Of a DNA stretch of 64,000 nucleotides, positions 1-12,900 are shown one piece after another (positions within the stretch are counted from its first letter, which is position 1; each line of letters starts with the position of its first letter). A model generated the notes under the pieces. The model made no database searches, was not told the origin of the DNA, and saw only the letters and a list, made by a program, of their open reading frames with translations. Both the position numbers and the translations under genes were made by a program. Source of the stretch: Podarcis liolepis (Eukaryota); NCBI GenBank assembly GCA_965112155.1, contig OZ218110.1. The stretch is one strand, 5' to 3'.

Positions 1-420
1 CTATCTGGAGTCTGGATTCGGACCCTTCCTACTAGGCTGGAAAAAATGGTGAACACTGCTTTTTTACTGGAAGCCGAATCACAGGACAATGTGATACAGT
101 GACTTTTAGAAACTGTGGGATAACCGCTTCTCCCAGGGCATGAGGGGAACCATCAACAGTTGCAGGAATGAAGGATACAGCACCATATATGGACGGGAAA
201 ACATCATGAGGGGAACTTGTCACACGCAGGAAAGAATAAGGACTACACTTAGAGTTCCTCACTTGAAGTTTTATAAATTACCTAATATACCAACACAAAC
301 AGAAATCACAAGACTGTAGCTGTTATCTAAGAGATTATTATATGTGCATGGAATGCAATGGAAATTATTAACATAGTGGAACACAGAATAAATGAAGAAG
401 AATGAAGCCATCAAATCTAG

Positions 421-540
421 CATGCATGGGGGCCAGTTTAATTAAATAATATAATTTGACATTTGAATAATTGGCATTCATAATTGCCTTAATTAGATAA
501 AATTGGTATTCTTATAATGAGGTCGCTATTGGAACAATAT
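421..540 (+). promoter_or_regulatory. Candidate V2R promoter block rich in TAAT/ATTA homeodomain cores (copies at about 21891-22010 and 33031-33150)
   Basis: The sequence GGGGCCAGTTTAATTAAA...ATAATTTGACATTTGAATAATTGGCATTCATAATTG is near-identical 460-580 bp upstream of all three ATGs. Function is inferred. Confidence 0.35.
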
Positions 541-999
541 TGGTGAATCAATAAAAAAAATTAAATATAATAATATTAATATTTTAGCAGTTCCCCTACT
601 GCTGATGCGCCATAGAATCCAGAAACACTGCACAACTGATTCTCTCCCCTATCATTACTAAAATTACAATAATCAATCCACCTGACTGAACCTCCAGATG
701 TCACAGTGGAGAAAAAGAATCAACAAGCTAGCCTGAAATGATTATAAGCTCCTCTGTGCTCCATAGACAACAAGGCTGGGCTCTGTTACTTATCAGTTAT
801 CAGTTTCCCTCTTTCATATCAAACCACTGCATCTTATTTGGCATCCAAGGCATTCTGTTGTGACAATGCTCAAGCTAACAAGAAGGTGGATACATGTCCC
901 TTAAAGAACCAAATTGACAGAGTCAGCTGCCACCCAATTTGTCTTGTTCAGATCAGGTGGAGGAGAGGAATAATACTGTTGAGAGAAGCAGGGGAGTCC

Positions 1000-3900
1000 A
1001 TGCTCACAAGGGTATTTGCCATCAGGATGTTGCTCCTGCTGCTTTCGATGCTCCCCAATATAGTGTCCCAAGGACAAAGTGCTAAATGCACAACAAATAA
1101 TCGTGTTCATGTTCCACACGATTGGTATGAGCCAGGTGACCTGGTCATAGGTGCAATGGCATCTCATATTTATTACATAGTCCGCAAGGTTTCCTTCAAG
1201 ATCCACCCTTCCCAGGAATTCATTGATGCCCCAATGTAAGTAACCGTTAATTAATATTATTTTAATTATTCCATATATGCTATAACTGACTGAAAATAAC
1301 TTTGACTGATATTAAGGGCGGATTGCTTTAGAACATTATTTTTTAAATGCGTGGAGAGGTTTTATTAGAAATCTCTGTGCATATAGGCTATCTGCATATT
1401 GCCAATGAACAATAAGCTTTTTTGAGTCTAATTGTTTAAAGAGAAAGAGAAAAGAGAGTAGGAGAAAGAGAAAAGTAATGGCATAAAAAATAGGAAAGCA
1501 TATAGCAAAGTAGTATGGTACTGAAATTTTTTGATGATACCCAAATTTTCAAGGTGGTGAAAACAAACACAGGTTGCTGAAGAGATGAAGAAATGTGCAA
1601 CAGCTTTTTTAATTACACAGTATTCTTAGATTGCCCAAATAAGTAAATAAACTTTGCTGGCTCCATCCTCTCTTTATAGGGAGGCAGGTGAGTCTCTCCC
1701 ATCTAGATTCTGTGCACTGTTTAATTTTCCCATCAAACAAAACCTCACTTCATTTGCAGGGTGTTGACAAAGTTTTACCAGCAAATCCTGGCCTTGGTGT
1801 TTGCTGTTGATGAGATCAACGAGAATCCCAGGATGTTGCCCAATGTCTCGCTCGGGTTCCACATCTATGATAGCTATTATGATTCAAAGATGACCTACCG
1901 AAACACTCTGGACCTGCTCTTTAAATCACGTCACTTTGTTCCCAACTACAGGTGTGGCATCCAGAAAAATGTCATAGGAGTCATTGGGGGACTCAGCTCT
2001 GATACCTCCTGGTGCATGGCAAACGTCTTAGGTCTTTTCAAGATTCCACAGGTAGAATATGGATTTGAAAAACAGAGATGTCATGCTGTCCTTGCAGTAG
2101 GAACCTACTGATTCATAAATATGGAGTGGGGAAATAGACAAAGTAAAAGGGCCATAATATGCATATCCAACAATGTCTGTAAAGCTGCCAGGTTTGTAAA
2201 GGAGGCACCTAGACTGGTTCATATATATCAATTCTGAACGCACTGCACTGGCTTCCTGTGAGCTACTGAATATATGACATTGACATTGGCTTCATAGGCA
2301 AAAATAACTGAGAACATATTAACTAAAAATATTCCTCCCCTTAAAAGTCAAGACAGTCCTTTCCCAAAGTATGATGTTAATCAACATTGTTCACTTTCAG
2401 AGGCTAATTGAAAAAGTGTTATCTTGCTTTGTTCTGGCATTTGTCATCTGTGATGTCAGAGAGTTATATAGTGGTGTCAGCATTGTGCTATTCTGTTGCA
2501 TTGTTGCATTTCATTTTAGTTGTTTTAAATAGTGTTGGTAAAGTATTTTGTATTTTACTGATATTTTATATGATTTGGTTTATTGTGCTCAGAGATGAAT
2601 AGTATACACAATCTAATGGAGCTCTTCAGGATTTCCCAGGAAATCTTCCTGAGAGAGTTCTTAGTAGATAGAGAATCAACCGCTCCCTACAATCATTACA
2701 AAGGTTACAGATCAAAAGTACATGATCAACAATTTCTATCACTCCACTTACACCTTGGAGTTTTGCTTAATCATCCACTTAGTATATCAGCATGAGCCAT
2801 GATAAATGCTCCCCTATTCTTCTTTGTTTTAAAAATAATATTTATTAAATTTTCCACTTTAACAATCCAATCAAATCATATTAAATATTCCAAATGATAC
2901 ATATTATTCAACCATCAAACAGTCCAAACATTATGCCAAATTATAAAAAAAAAAAAATTGGAGGTATCTTCCCATGTTCTCAGGCAGGTTGTACTGATCA
3001 TCTCATACTTCTACTGCTTTCATAATTTTCACAATAGTTCCCATAAATCATTCCGGTGTTAATCCTCATTACTTTTCACAGCCTCTGAGTTTATCAAACA
3101 AGCGAGATAAAACAAAACAATATATTCTGTCTGGAATTTACGTTCTCTCTGTATGTTCACGATGTCTCTTCAAAAAAGTATGTTTCCGCCAAGCCAGCCC
3201 AAAAATCTTCTCAACTTGGGCAGCAGCCAAGTCAGTCCAGATAAAATCAAAGCAAGGCATCTGCCCAATGCTTTTAAGACCAGGTGTCCTTCAAATGGTT
3301 AACCGGTCCAGGGAAGGTTTTGCCATATAAAACTGGGAATGCAAATATTAAGTAAGATATTAAAAGGCACCTATCCCCCTAAGGCTCTGCATTTAATCTG
3401 ACAAGCTGATCTACTTTCGGTCTTGGCTGCTCGTTTAATTGGAGCTGCGTCATTCCGATTCTAATTCCAGGCAAACCTCCTAAGTTTTTTTGGCGTCTCT
3501 CTAGTCATTCTCCAAATCCAAGTTGGGAAACTCTTTATCCTCTTCCAAATATTTCTGCAGCCGAATACTTTGAACTTGGTTTTCCACTTTTGAATAATTG
3601 TTATTTCCACACAGTTAATGACTATTAGAATCATATTATATCACCAAATACACCACCTCTCCAGTCTCGCTTGCTATAAATAATCAGGCAGCTGGTTCTT
3701 TCAGAAGAGGATTTTGCCATATAGCATAGCAAAAATAAATATAATAAATATAATAAAAAGGAGGCTGAACTTCAGTTCCAAGTACCAAGTCTACATAGAT
3801 GTTAATACTTCTTCCATTCAAATCCTTTTTAGCTGAATTAATTAGAAGAGTAGTTTCTCCCCCTTTGCTCAGATCATGTCCAAAACCTAAATCCAATTTT

Positions 3901-6900
3901 TCATCTTAATAATTGAAAGTTTGCTGCTAAATGGAGGCGACTTTAGAGAGTTGCCAAGAAACGTTCCAGGCTTTCCATCCAGCCCATCCCCAGCCCCTCC
4001 TTCTGAATTTGGGGCCAGGTTTTGGGCAATCTGTGGATGAGCTGCCACTCCCCAGCCTGAGGAGTGTAGGGAGGCTGATTACTCCCATCTCAGCCTGTGA
4101 TTCTGGAACGTACGGCAGTGATGGAATTCAGCAATCCTCCATCGCAGCTAGCCGAAAGCTCCTCTCCCAAATGCTCCCCTATTCTTCGATACAATTAATA
4201 TGTACAAGAATGAAGCTGTAATGATGCCATAATAATAATAACTATCAACAGAAAACATTGAGCAAGCATATCTGTGTTTTCCAATATAATCTGGGGTTGG
4301 TGCTGTCTCTAAACTTGGTAAACTTGGGATATAGATTCAATATATATTCAATATTTAAGTGTGTGTGCGTGCACGTGTTTATATTTGAATAAACTGGAAT
4401 ATCATGAGTTCTTGTTTCCACTTGGAAACATTTGGCTTTTGCTTTTTCCAGATTTCATATGGTTCATTTGAACCAGCCATAAATGATGGGACCAAGTTCC
4501 CTTCCTTTTACCGCATGGTCCCCAATGAAGACCTTCAGTTTCAGGGAATCATCCAGTTACTTCTGCATTTCAGATGGAAATGGGTTGGGCTCATCACTAC
4601 AGATAATGAAGCTGGAGAACGTTTCTTGCAGACTATTGAGCCAATGCTTTTCAAGAATGGAATCTGTTCAGCATTTACAGAAAGACTTAAATTCAATATG
4701 AATTATAACAGTAACAAACTAGAAATGGCAGAGGACTCAAGGATTTTGTTTACAACTTTCACAACCAGCAAAGCTAGTGCAATTCTTCTATATGGAGAAA
4801 GTAGATTTAGTATATGGTTGTCAGCTTTTTTATTCACAATGGAGTTAACTCAGCAACTATTTCCTCAAAAGAAGTCACGTGAAGGAAAAGTATGGATTAC
4901 AACTATCCAAATTGACTTCATATTATATAGCCTTCAAAAATTGTCTGTTAATATACGAATGTTCCATGGTGCTATCTCCTTTGCAATTCACTCCAAGGAG
5001 ATACACAACTTTAAAGACTTTCTTCGGAGTATACGTCCTCATTGGACAGACACAGGTGGTTTTATCCAAGATTTCTGGGAAGATGCATTCAGTTGTTCAC
5101 TTTCAAACTCCACTCACTCAACATTCAGTAATAACATTTGTACTGGAGAGGAGATGCTGGAGAGTCTCCCTGCACCATTTTTTGAAATGAGCATGACTGG
5201 CCACAGCTACACTATTTATAATGCTGTCTATGCTTTGGCACATGCCTTAAATAGGATGTACTTGGCTGGAGCCATCCGCAAGAGAAGAGATGCTAAGGGA
5301 AAACTCTCTCCTCAGTATGTAGATCCTTGGCAGGTATTGTTCCCCGTTACAAAGCATTCACTGCATTGGTACATTTTGTGAGTAGGCATTTACTTTTCCA
5401 TAAAGAAATAAAAGAATAAAACTTAAGAAATTAAAAATAAACCTTAAGTAAATTTATTGTATGAAAGATGGGAATTAGAGTATTTCCTATAATGATACTA
5501 AACAGACTTTAGATGACACAGACTTTCAGAAGCAACAGACTACCAACAAGTACAGGTAACTGTAGCTGTGCCAACCACCTCCTTCCCACTGCAAAACCCC
5601 TCCGTTTTCTCCCATTTCCCTCCCCAATTCTCTCTGTCTCTCTTACCTGTCCAGTTACAGATAGGTAGCCGTGTTGGTCTGCCATAGTCAAAATAAAAAA
5701 AATTCCTTCCTGTAGCACCTTAAAGACCAACTAAGTTAGTTCTTGGTATAAGCTTTCGTGTGCATGCACACTTCTTCAGATTCTTCAGGAAGGAATTTTT
5801 TTAATTTTACCTGTCCAGTGTGTAAGGTTGGGGGCCTGGGGCCCACTGGCCCCAGTCGCATAATTCTGAGGGAGAACAACCAGGACCCCAACCCCAGGCA
5901 CTGGCTTTTGCAGGGATCCTCATATCCAAGAGAAAACAGAGGAGCAGCCCATCAGGGAGCTGCCACTACCTGGGGACGTCCTGGAAGGCCCCGTCCCCAA
6001 CTCCTCATCTTTCCCTGTCTGCCAATCACCAGGGGTTTCTGGCCTCACTGGTAGGTCCCCAGAAGACACTGGCAACTGTTTGATCACTGTCTCTTAGACC
6101 CTGCTTTTCTGCCTTCTCCTCTTCTGCCTCTGAGTCTGGATTTCAGTCTGCCACTGCCTCTTCCCTGTTGTCTTTTCTGTTTCTGACACCTCCTCCTCCC
6201 AGTCTGCTCCCTCTTCTCCCCCTGACCACTCCTTGTCATCCCAAAACCTATCCCCTGGCTCTGAGCCTCCTTTCCTTGGGGCGTCCCTTTCGGGTTCCCC
6301 AGCAGCTGCTTCCTGCCACTCCTCTGCATCCAACATCCAACCATGCTCAAATCCACTCTATAAACTATGGAAAGGTCCAGTCCAAGGTTCTCATGTTGCA
6401 TTCCTATCTTTTGTGAACATAAGCTCCCATCTCTTCTCATACATGACTTCTCAATTTCCTTCCCTTTCTTGGATCTTGACAAAGGCTGGTCTCAAGCAAG
6501 CACGTCTATGGTCTCATCTCTCCATAATATCTTGATGCAAGTCTGTTGAATGTTGAATTGGCACTGATTCATGATTTCCTACTCCTCCTGTATGTGCAAC
6601 TAAAATATGGATGTTCTCCATTGTGAACTGAAGCGTTTAACTTTGATTCTCTTTCCACTTAGCTCCACTCATTCCTGCAGAGAATCTCATTCAACAACAG
6701 TGCTGGGGATGAAATTACATTAAATGAATATGGAGAGTTAGCAGCTGGCTTTGATATTACCAACTTGGTCACTTTCCCAAATAATTCCTATGTCAGAGTC
6801 AAAGTGGGAAGTTTGGATCCTCAGGCCCCTCCGGGAAAAGAGCTCAACATTAATGAAGACAGAATCAAATGGCACAGACGCTTCACTAAGGTATGGAAAT

Positions 6901-9900
6901 AAAGGCACAGTCCCTGAAAACCCAGTATTTGTGGTTTGGGATGTAACAAAAACACTTCACACATTATTCATTTTGAAATTCACTAGTACCTGAAACCACT
7001 TCAGACTAGTGATGTGTTAGAATTGAGGTGTGCTCCCAGACCTCTTGCTTCAAACGGAATGCAACTCCTCCCAGAACAGGTCAGGCATAGGTACCCAAAG
7101 CATTTCTCTCTGAGACAGGATGTGGCCTAACAGGAAACCACAACCCAAAACCCAAAAGTCATGGAATGATTTCCTATTGCTAGTTTCTTGTACTGACCCT
7201 GCAGGTAGGAGCAGAACCACTATAATGGCTTACCTTTAATTCCTTGTGCCACCACAAAGGAACACCATATGAACTCCTTGAAGCAAATGCTGTTAAGTGG
7301 TGACTCCATCAAAAGGCCAAGCCAGGGGTGAAATCACACTGAATTCTAACACAGCTGTAAGGTAGGATGGTCCAGGCACGAATACTTGTTGAATGGCCTC
7401 TTTAAATTAGAAAGTTCATTATTATTCCACAAGATGTGTATGTCTTTAAGGGCCAGAGCAAATAACATGACCTAGTTTTACAGATGTGAAGCACTATAGC
7501 AGGTGCTGTTAAAAAGGTAAAGGTAAAGGGACCCCTGACCATCAGGTCCAGTTGTGACCGACTCTGGGGTTGCGGCGCTCATCTCACTTTATTGGCTGAG
7601 GGAGCCGGCGTACAGCTTCCAGATCATGTGGCCAGCATGACTAAGCTGCTTCTGGCAAACCAGAGCAGCGCACGGAAACGCCATTTACCTTCCAGCCAGA
7701 GCGGTACCTATTTATCTACTTGCACTTTGACGTGCTTTCGAACTGCTAGGTCTGCAGGATCAGGGACCGAGCAATGGGAGCTCACCCCCTCATGGGTATT
7801 CGACCTGCCGACCTTCTGATCAGCAAGTCCTAGGCTCTGGTGTTTAACTCACAGCTGTTAAGTTGTGTTAATTAAGCTGTGTCACCAATTGGGTATAGTA
7901 TATAAAGAGCAGCACCTAGCTCTCTCAGTACCCTAGTGGATGGGTTGGTGGTTCGGTCATGCTTCTTGATATATTATAATTAATGTAAAAGGAGTTTTTG
8001 GTTTTTTAAAAAAATCTAGCTAAAGTTACGGTATTTTGCATTCCTTGTAATGTGTGGTCTCCCCAGCAAGCTCTCTGCAGTGCAACTAGTCTGCAAATAG
8101 CCAACAATACTGACATCTTCTTAAGCTTGTATGATGCTAAGAACAGCAGCTTTTTACCCCACTATATTTTTTTTTTTATAAAATTTTTATTGGTTTTACA
8201 AAATTTTAAAAAGACAAACAAACACTGAAAATGACAAACAAACACGCATAGTTTCAAACATAATTTCATATAAACCTCTTTTCTTGGACTTCCCCATACC
8301 CCCCCTCTCTGCATCCCAATGTCCATACTTCAACTAGCAAGTCCCAGTTGTTACTTTCAAATCTCTGTCATCTTAGTCCTTTTTTATATTCTAACCTTAT
8401 GTCCCTGTACCCCTTTGTTTCTGAGAACCAGAACATTTTTAACATTCATTAAGTTTATAGTGGTCCTTAAGGTAACTTTTAAATTTTCTCCAGTCTTCTT
8501 CCACCATCTCCTTTCGTTGGTCACGGATTCTGCCTGTCATTTCGGCCAATGTCATAAAGTCCATCACTTTCATCTGCCATTCTTCCAGTGTGGGTAAATC
8601 TTGTGTCTTCCAATACTTTGCGATGAGTATTCTTGCCGCTGTTGTGGCATACATGAAAAAAGCTCTATCTTTCTTTGTCACCAGTTGGCCGGCAATGCCC
8701 AAGAGAAAGGCCTCTGGCTTTTTAGAGAAGGTACATTTAAGTACCTTTTTCATTTCATTATAGATCATTTCCCAGAAGGCCTTAATCTTCGGGCATGTCC
8801 ACCAAAGGTGATAAAAGGTACCTTCAGTCTCTTTACACTTCCAACATTTATTATCAGGCAAATGATAGATTTTTGCCAGCTTGACTGGGGTCATGTACCA
8901 CCTGTATACCATTTTCATAATGTTTTCCTTTAGGGCATTACATGCCGTAAATTTAATACCGGTGTTCCATAACCATTCCCAGTCAGCTGACATAATGTTA
9001 TGTCCAACATCCTGAGCCCACTTAATCATAGCCGATTTAACTGTTTCATCCTGTGTGTTCCATTTCAACAGCAAGTTGTACATTCTAGATAAATTCTTAG
9101 TATTGGGTTCTAACAGTTCAGTTTCTAATTTTGATTTTTCCACCTGGAAACCAACTTTCCTATCCTGTTTAAAAAATTCCATTATTTGACGATATTGAAA
9201 CCAATTTTCTACTTTGTGCTTCAGTTTCTCCTGACTTTGTAGTTTGAACTTATCTCCATCCTGTTCTAAAATTTCCCAATACTTCGGCCATCCGACCTCC
9301 ATATTGAGTTTCTTCACTGCTTTAGCCTCCACTGGTGAGACCCATCTAGGGGTTTTATTTTCCAATAGGTCTTTATATCTTACCCAAACGTTAAACAATG
9401 CTTTTCTCACAATATGATTTTTAAAGACACTGTTAACTTTGTCATACCAAAGATATGCATGCCAACCAAAGGTATTATTAAAACCTTCCAGATCCAAGAT
9501 GTCTGTGTTCTCGAGGAGCATCCATTCTTTCAGCCAGCAAAAAGCTGCTGCCTCATAGTACAATTTTAGGTCCGGCAGGGCAAACCCCCCTCTTTCTTTA
9601 GCATCTGTCAATATCTTAAATTTAATTCGGGGCTTTTTGCCCTGCCAGACAAATTTCGAAATGTCTTTGTGCCACCTCTTAAAACATTCCATCTTGTCAA
9701 GAATCTGCAAGGTCTGAAACAGAAATAGCATTCTAGGCAATACATTCATTTTAATTACTGCAATTCGGCCTAGCATTGACAATTTCAAATTTGACCATAT
9801 TTCTAGATCTTTTTTAATTTCTGACCAACATTTTTCATAGTTGTCCTTATACAAATTCACATTCTTAGATGTTAAGTAAACCCCCAGGTATTTCACCTTC

Positions 9901-12900
9901 TTTACCACAGTCAAACCTGTTTCCTCTTGAAATTTCTCCTTTTCCATATCTGTTAAGTTTTTCCCTAAGACTTTAGTTTTTTGCTTGTTCAACTTAAATC
10001 CAGCTACCTGGCCAAACTGTTGTATTATTTCTAAAACCTTTTTCGTACTAGTGTTTGGCTCTTGCAAAGTCAATACTAGGTCATCTGCAAACGCTCTTAA
10101 CTTATAATGTTTAGCTCCGACCTGCACACCTTTGACCTGCTGGTCATTTCTTATCATATTCAGCAACACCTCCAGAACTGAAATAAAAAGTAATGGGGAA
10201 ATCGGGCACCCCTGTCGTGTTCCTTTTTCTATCTTAAGTTCCTCAGTCACAACATTGTTTACAATCAGTTTAGCTTTTTGTTCAGAATATATTGCAGCCA
10301 TACCATTCTCAAAACCCTGGCCTACCCCCATCCCATGAAGATTCTTCCTCATAAAGCTCCAAGAAATATTGTCAAAGGCTTTCTCCGCATCCACAAAAAT
10401 CAATACTGCTTTAGTGTTTATATTCACCTCTAGCTTTTCCAGAATGTCTATTACATTCCTTACATTGTCTGCCAGGTGTCTTTTAGGGAGAAAACCTGCT
10501 TGGTCCTTATGAATCTTCTCCATCAAAACTCTTTTAAATCTTTTTGCCAAAATGTCTGCAAAAATTTTGTAATCCACATTAAGGAGTGATATTGGGCGGT
10601 AGTTCTTAAGTTGGGTCTTTTCAGTCTCTGACTTTGGTATGAGTGAAATATATGCCTCTTTCCACGATTCAGGCGCCCTTTTTCCCTCAAGGATCTCATT
10701 GCAAACTTCTCTTAGTGGTTGAGTCAACCATTCCTTCAACGATTTGTAGTATCTGGAAGTCAGTCCATCTGGTCCCGGAGATTTGCCCAGTTGCATATTC
10801 TGAATGGCGGCCTCTATCTCTTGTTCTGAGATTCTCTGGTTCAAGTCCATCTTACTTTGATGAGAGATGTTTTGTAATCCATATTTTCCAAGGAATTTGT
10901 CTATATCTTCTTCATTTTGCGGGCCTTGAGTGTAGAGTTTTTTGAAATAACTTAAAAAGCAATTTCTAATTTCATTAGGTTTAGATATATTCTTTCCATC
11001 CACCTCTAGGCTTGTAACTGTATTTAATTTCTGCCTTTTCTTCAATTGCCACGCCAAAAGTTTGCCACATTTATTTGCTGAATCAAAGGTCTTTTGCTTC
11101 ATTTGCTTTATCTTCCATTCAATCTCTTGGTTCATCAGTTCCATATATTGTGTTTGATATAGCTTAATCTCTCTTAAAATGTCCTGAGATTTTGGTTTTG
11201 TTCTTAATTTTCTCTCTCCTTCCTTTATCATTTCCAAAATCTTCTCTTTTTTCTCATTTTGTTTTTTCCTCTTTATTGAATTTTGTTGAATCAAAAATCC
11301 TCTCATAACCGCTTTACTTGCATCCCAGATCACTCTTTTCTCCACGTCGGTCCTCAAATTTATTTCAAAATAGTCTTTTAGAGTCTTTTGGGCCTTCGTG
11401 AGAATCTCCTTATCTTGAAAGAGGCTGTCATTCATTCTCCATCTAAATTGACCAGTTATTGTAAGTTTCATCTCCATCTTCACGGCGTTATGGTCGGAGC
11501 AAGTTTTTGGGCAGATTTCCACTTTCTTAATCTTTGGAGCCATTCCACTAGTAACCCAAATTTGGTCGATTCTGGTCCAGGTCATCATTGCTTGGGAGAA
11601 GAAGGTTCCCTCTCTCTCCAGAGGGTTCCTTGTTCTCCATATGTCTATCAAGTCCATATTCTCTGTCATTTCAAAAAAAGTCTTAGGGAGTCTCCCTTCC
11701 TTACTAACTGTTAGTCTTTGTGCCTTGTCCATGTTGGTGGAGACCACTCCGTTCATGTCTCCCATGATGATCATATTGTAATCCAAATAGTCATTGAGGG
11801 TTTCATGGAGTCTCTTAAAGAAGTCAGATTTGCCTTCATTTGGTGCGTAAATTCCAACCACTAGAAATTTTTCTCCTTGTATTTGTATCTCCACTGCCAG
11901 ATATCTCCCTTGTTCGTCCTTGAATATCATTTTTGGAGCCCATTTTTCCTTCACATATATTACAACTCCTCTCTTCTTAACTTTGTCTGATGAGATAAAT
12001 TCTTGTCCTAGCCTTTTATTTATAAGTAGTCTCCTATGGGCTCTGGTTATATGAGTTTCTTGTAGACATATCAAGTCCAATTGTTCTCTATTCAATATAT
12101 GAAATACTTGTCTTCTCTTCAAAGGCCCATTGAGCCCATTACAATTCCAACTAAGGAATTGCAGAGCCATCTTGCTATTTTCCTAGGGCACCTCCAACAG
12201 CTCCAAGTTGTTGCTCTTCTTCTGATGGTGGTGGATTTTGTCCAATCGAGAGATTCAGAATATCCAGTGCTCTCCTCTGTTCTGCAAGTACATCCACAGT
12301 CCCCTTCTGTAGGTCCTCCTGGTATCTTGCCAAAAATTTATCTTTATCTTGAATTGACTTTATTTTCACCTTCTTTAACTTGTAGTCGAATGACAGTCCT
12401 TGTGGGAATTCCCACCTGAAGCGGATGGAATTTTTCTTTAACAAAAGAACTAAGTCCTTGTAGAAATTTCTTAAATCCAAAATGTATTTTGGGATGTCTT
12501 TGAAGATCTGTGCAGCTGAATTTCCAATTTGCAAGGCCTTTTCAAAGTGTAGTCTTAATATTTTATCTCTTTCCTCCTTAGATCTGAGTGTAATCAAGCA
12601 GTCTCTCGGGGTCTTTCTGTCTTGCTTTTTACCCAATCTAAAGGCAGTCGTGATTTTGAATTCGTCCTCCTCAAGGTCCCAGCAATCCGCAAACTCCCGT
12701 GTCAGATATTCCACAAGGTTGTCTCTTTCATTCTCCGGGATCAGTCTTAATTTTAAGTTTCTCTCTTTCCTCTGTAACTCCCACAAGGCCAAAGTTGCAT
12801 CATGCTCATAAACCTTCTTGGCAATCGGCTCTAATTTCTCCTGTGTCTCTCCCGCCGTGGCTTTGGCGTCTTCCGCAATCTGGCGCGTAGTGGCGTTTTC

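Larger units (their letters stand above)
5568..6364 (-). mobile_element. Old LTR-like element shared by intron 3 of all three V2Rs (also about 26406-27453 and 37028-37680)
   Basis: A homologous block with a purine-rich - strand recurs in each copy and ends in ...GGTTGTCACA on - in copy 2. The family was not determined. Confidence 0.45.

Noticed and set aside
32-262. Recurring short - strand ORF upstream of each V2R (also 32631-32876 and fragments at 21464-21771)
   Set aside because: Recurrence is explained by the segmental duplication. It has a GTG start, is disrupted in copy 2 and has no recognisable domain.
6084-6482. Acidic or basic low-complexity ORFs in intron 3
   Set aside because: They derive from a purine-rich LTR-like remnant, and the frames differ among the three copies.
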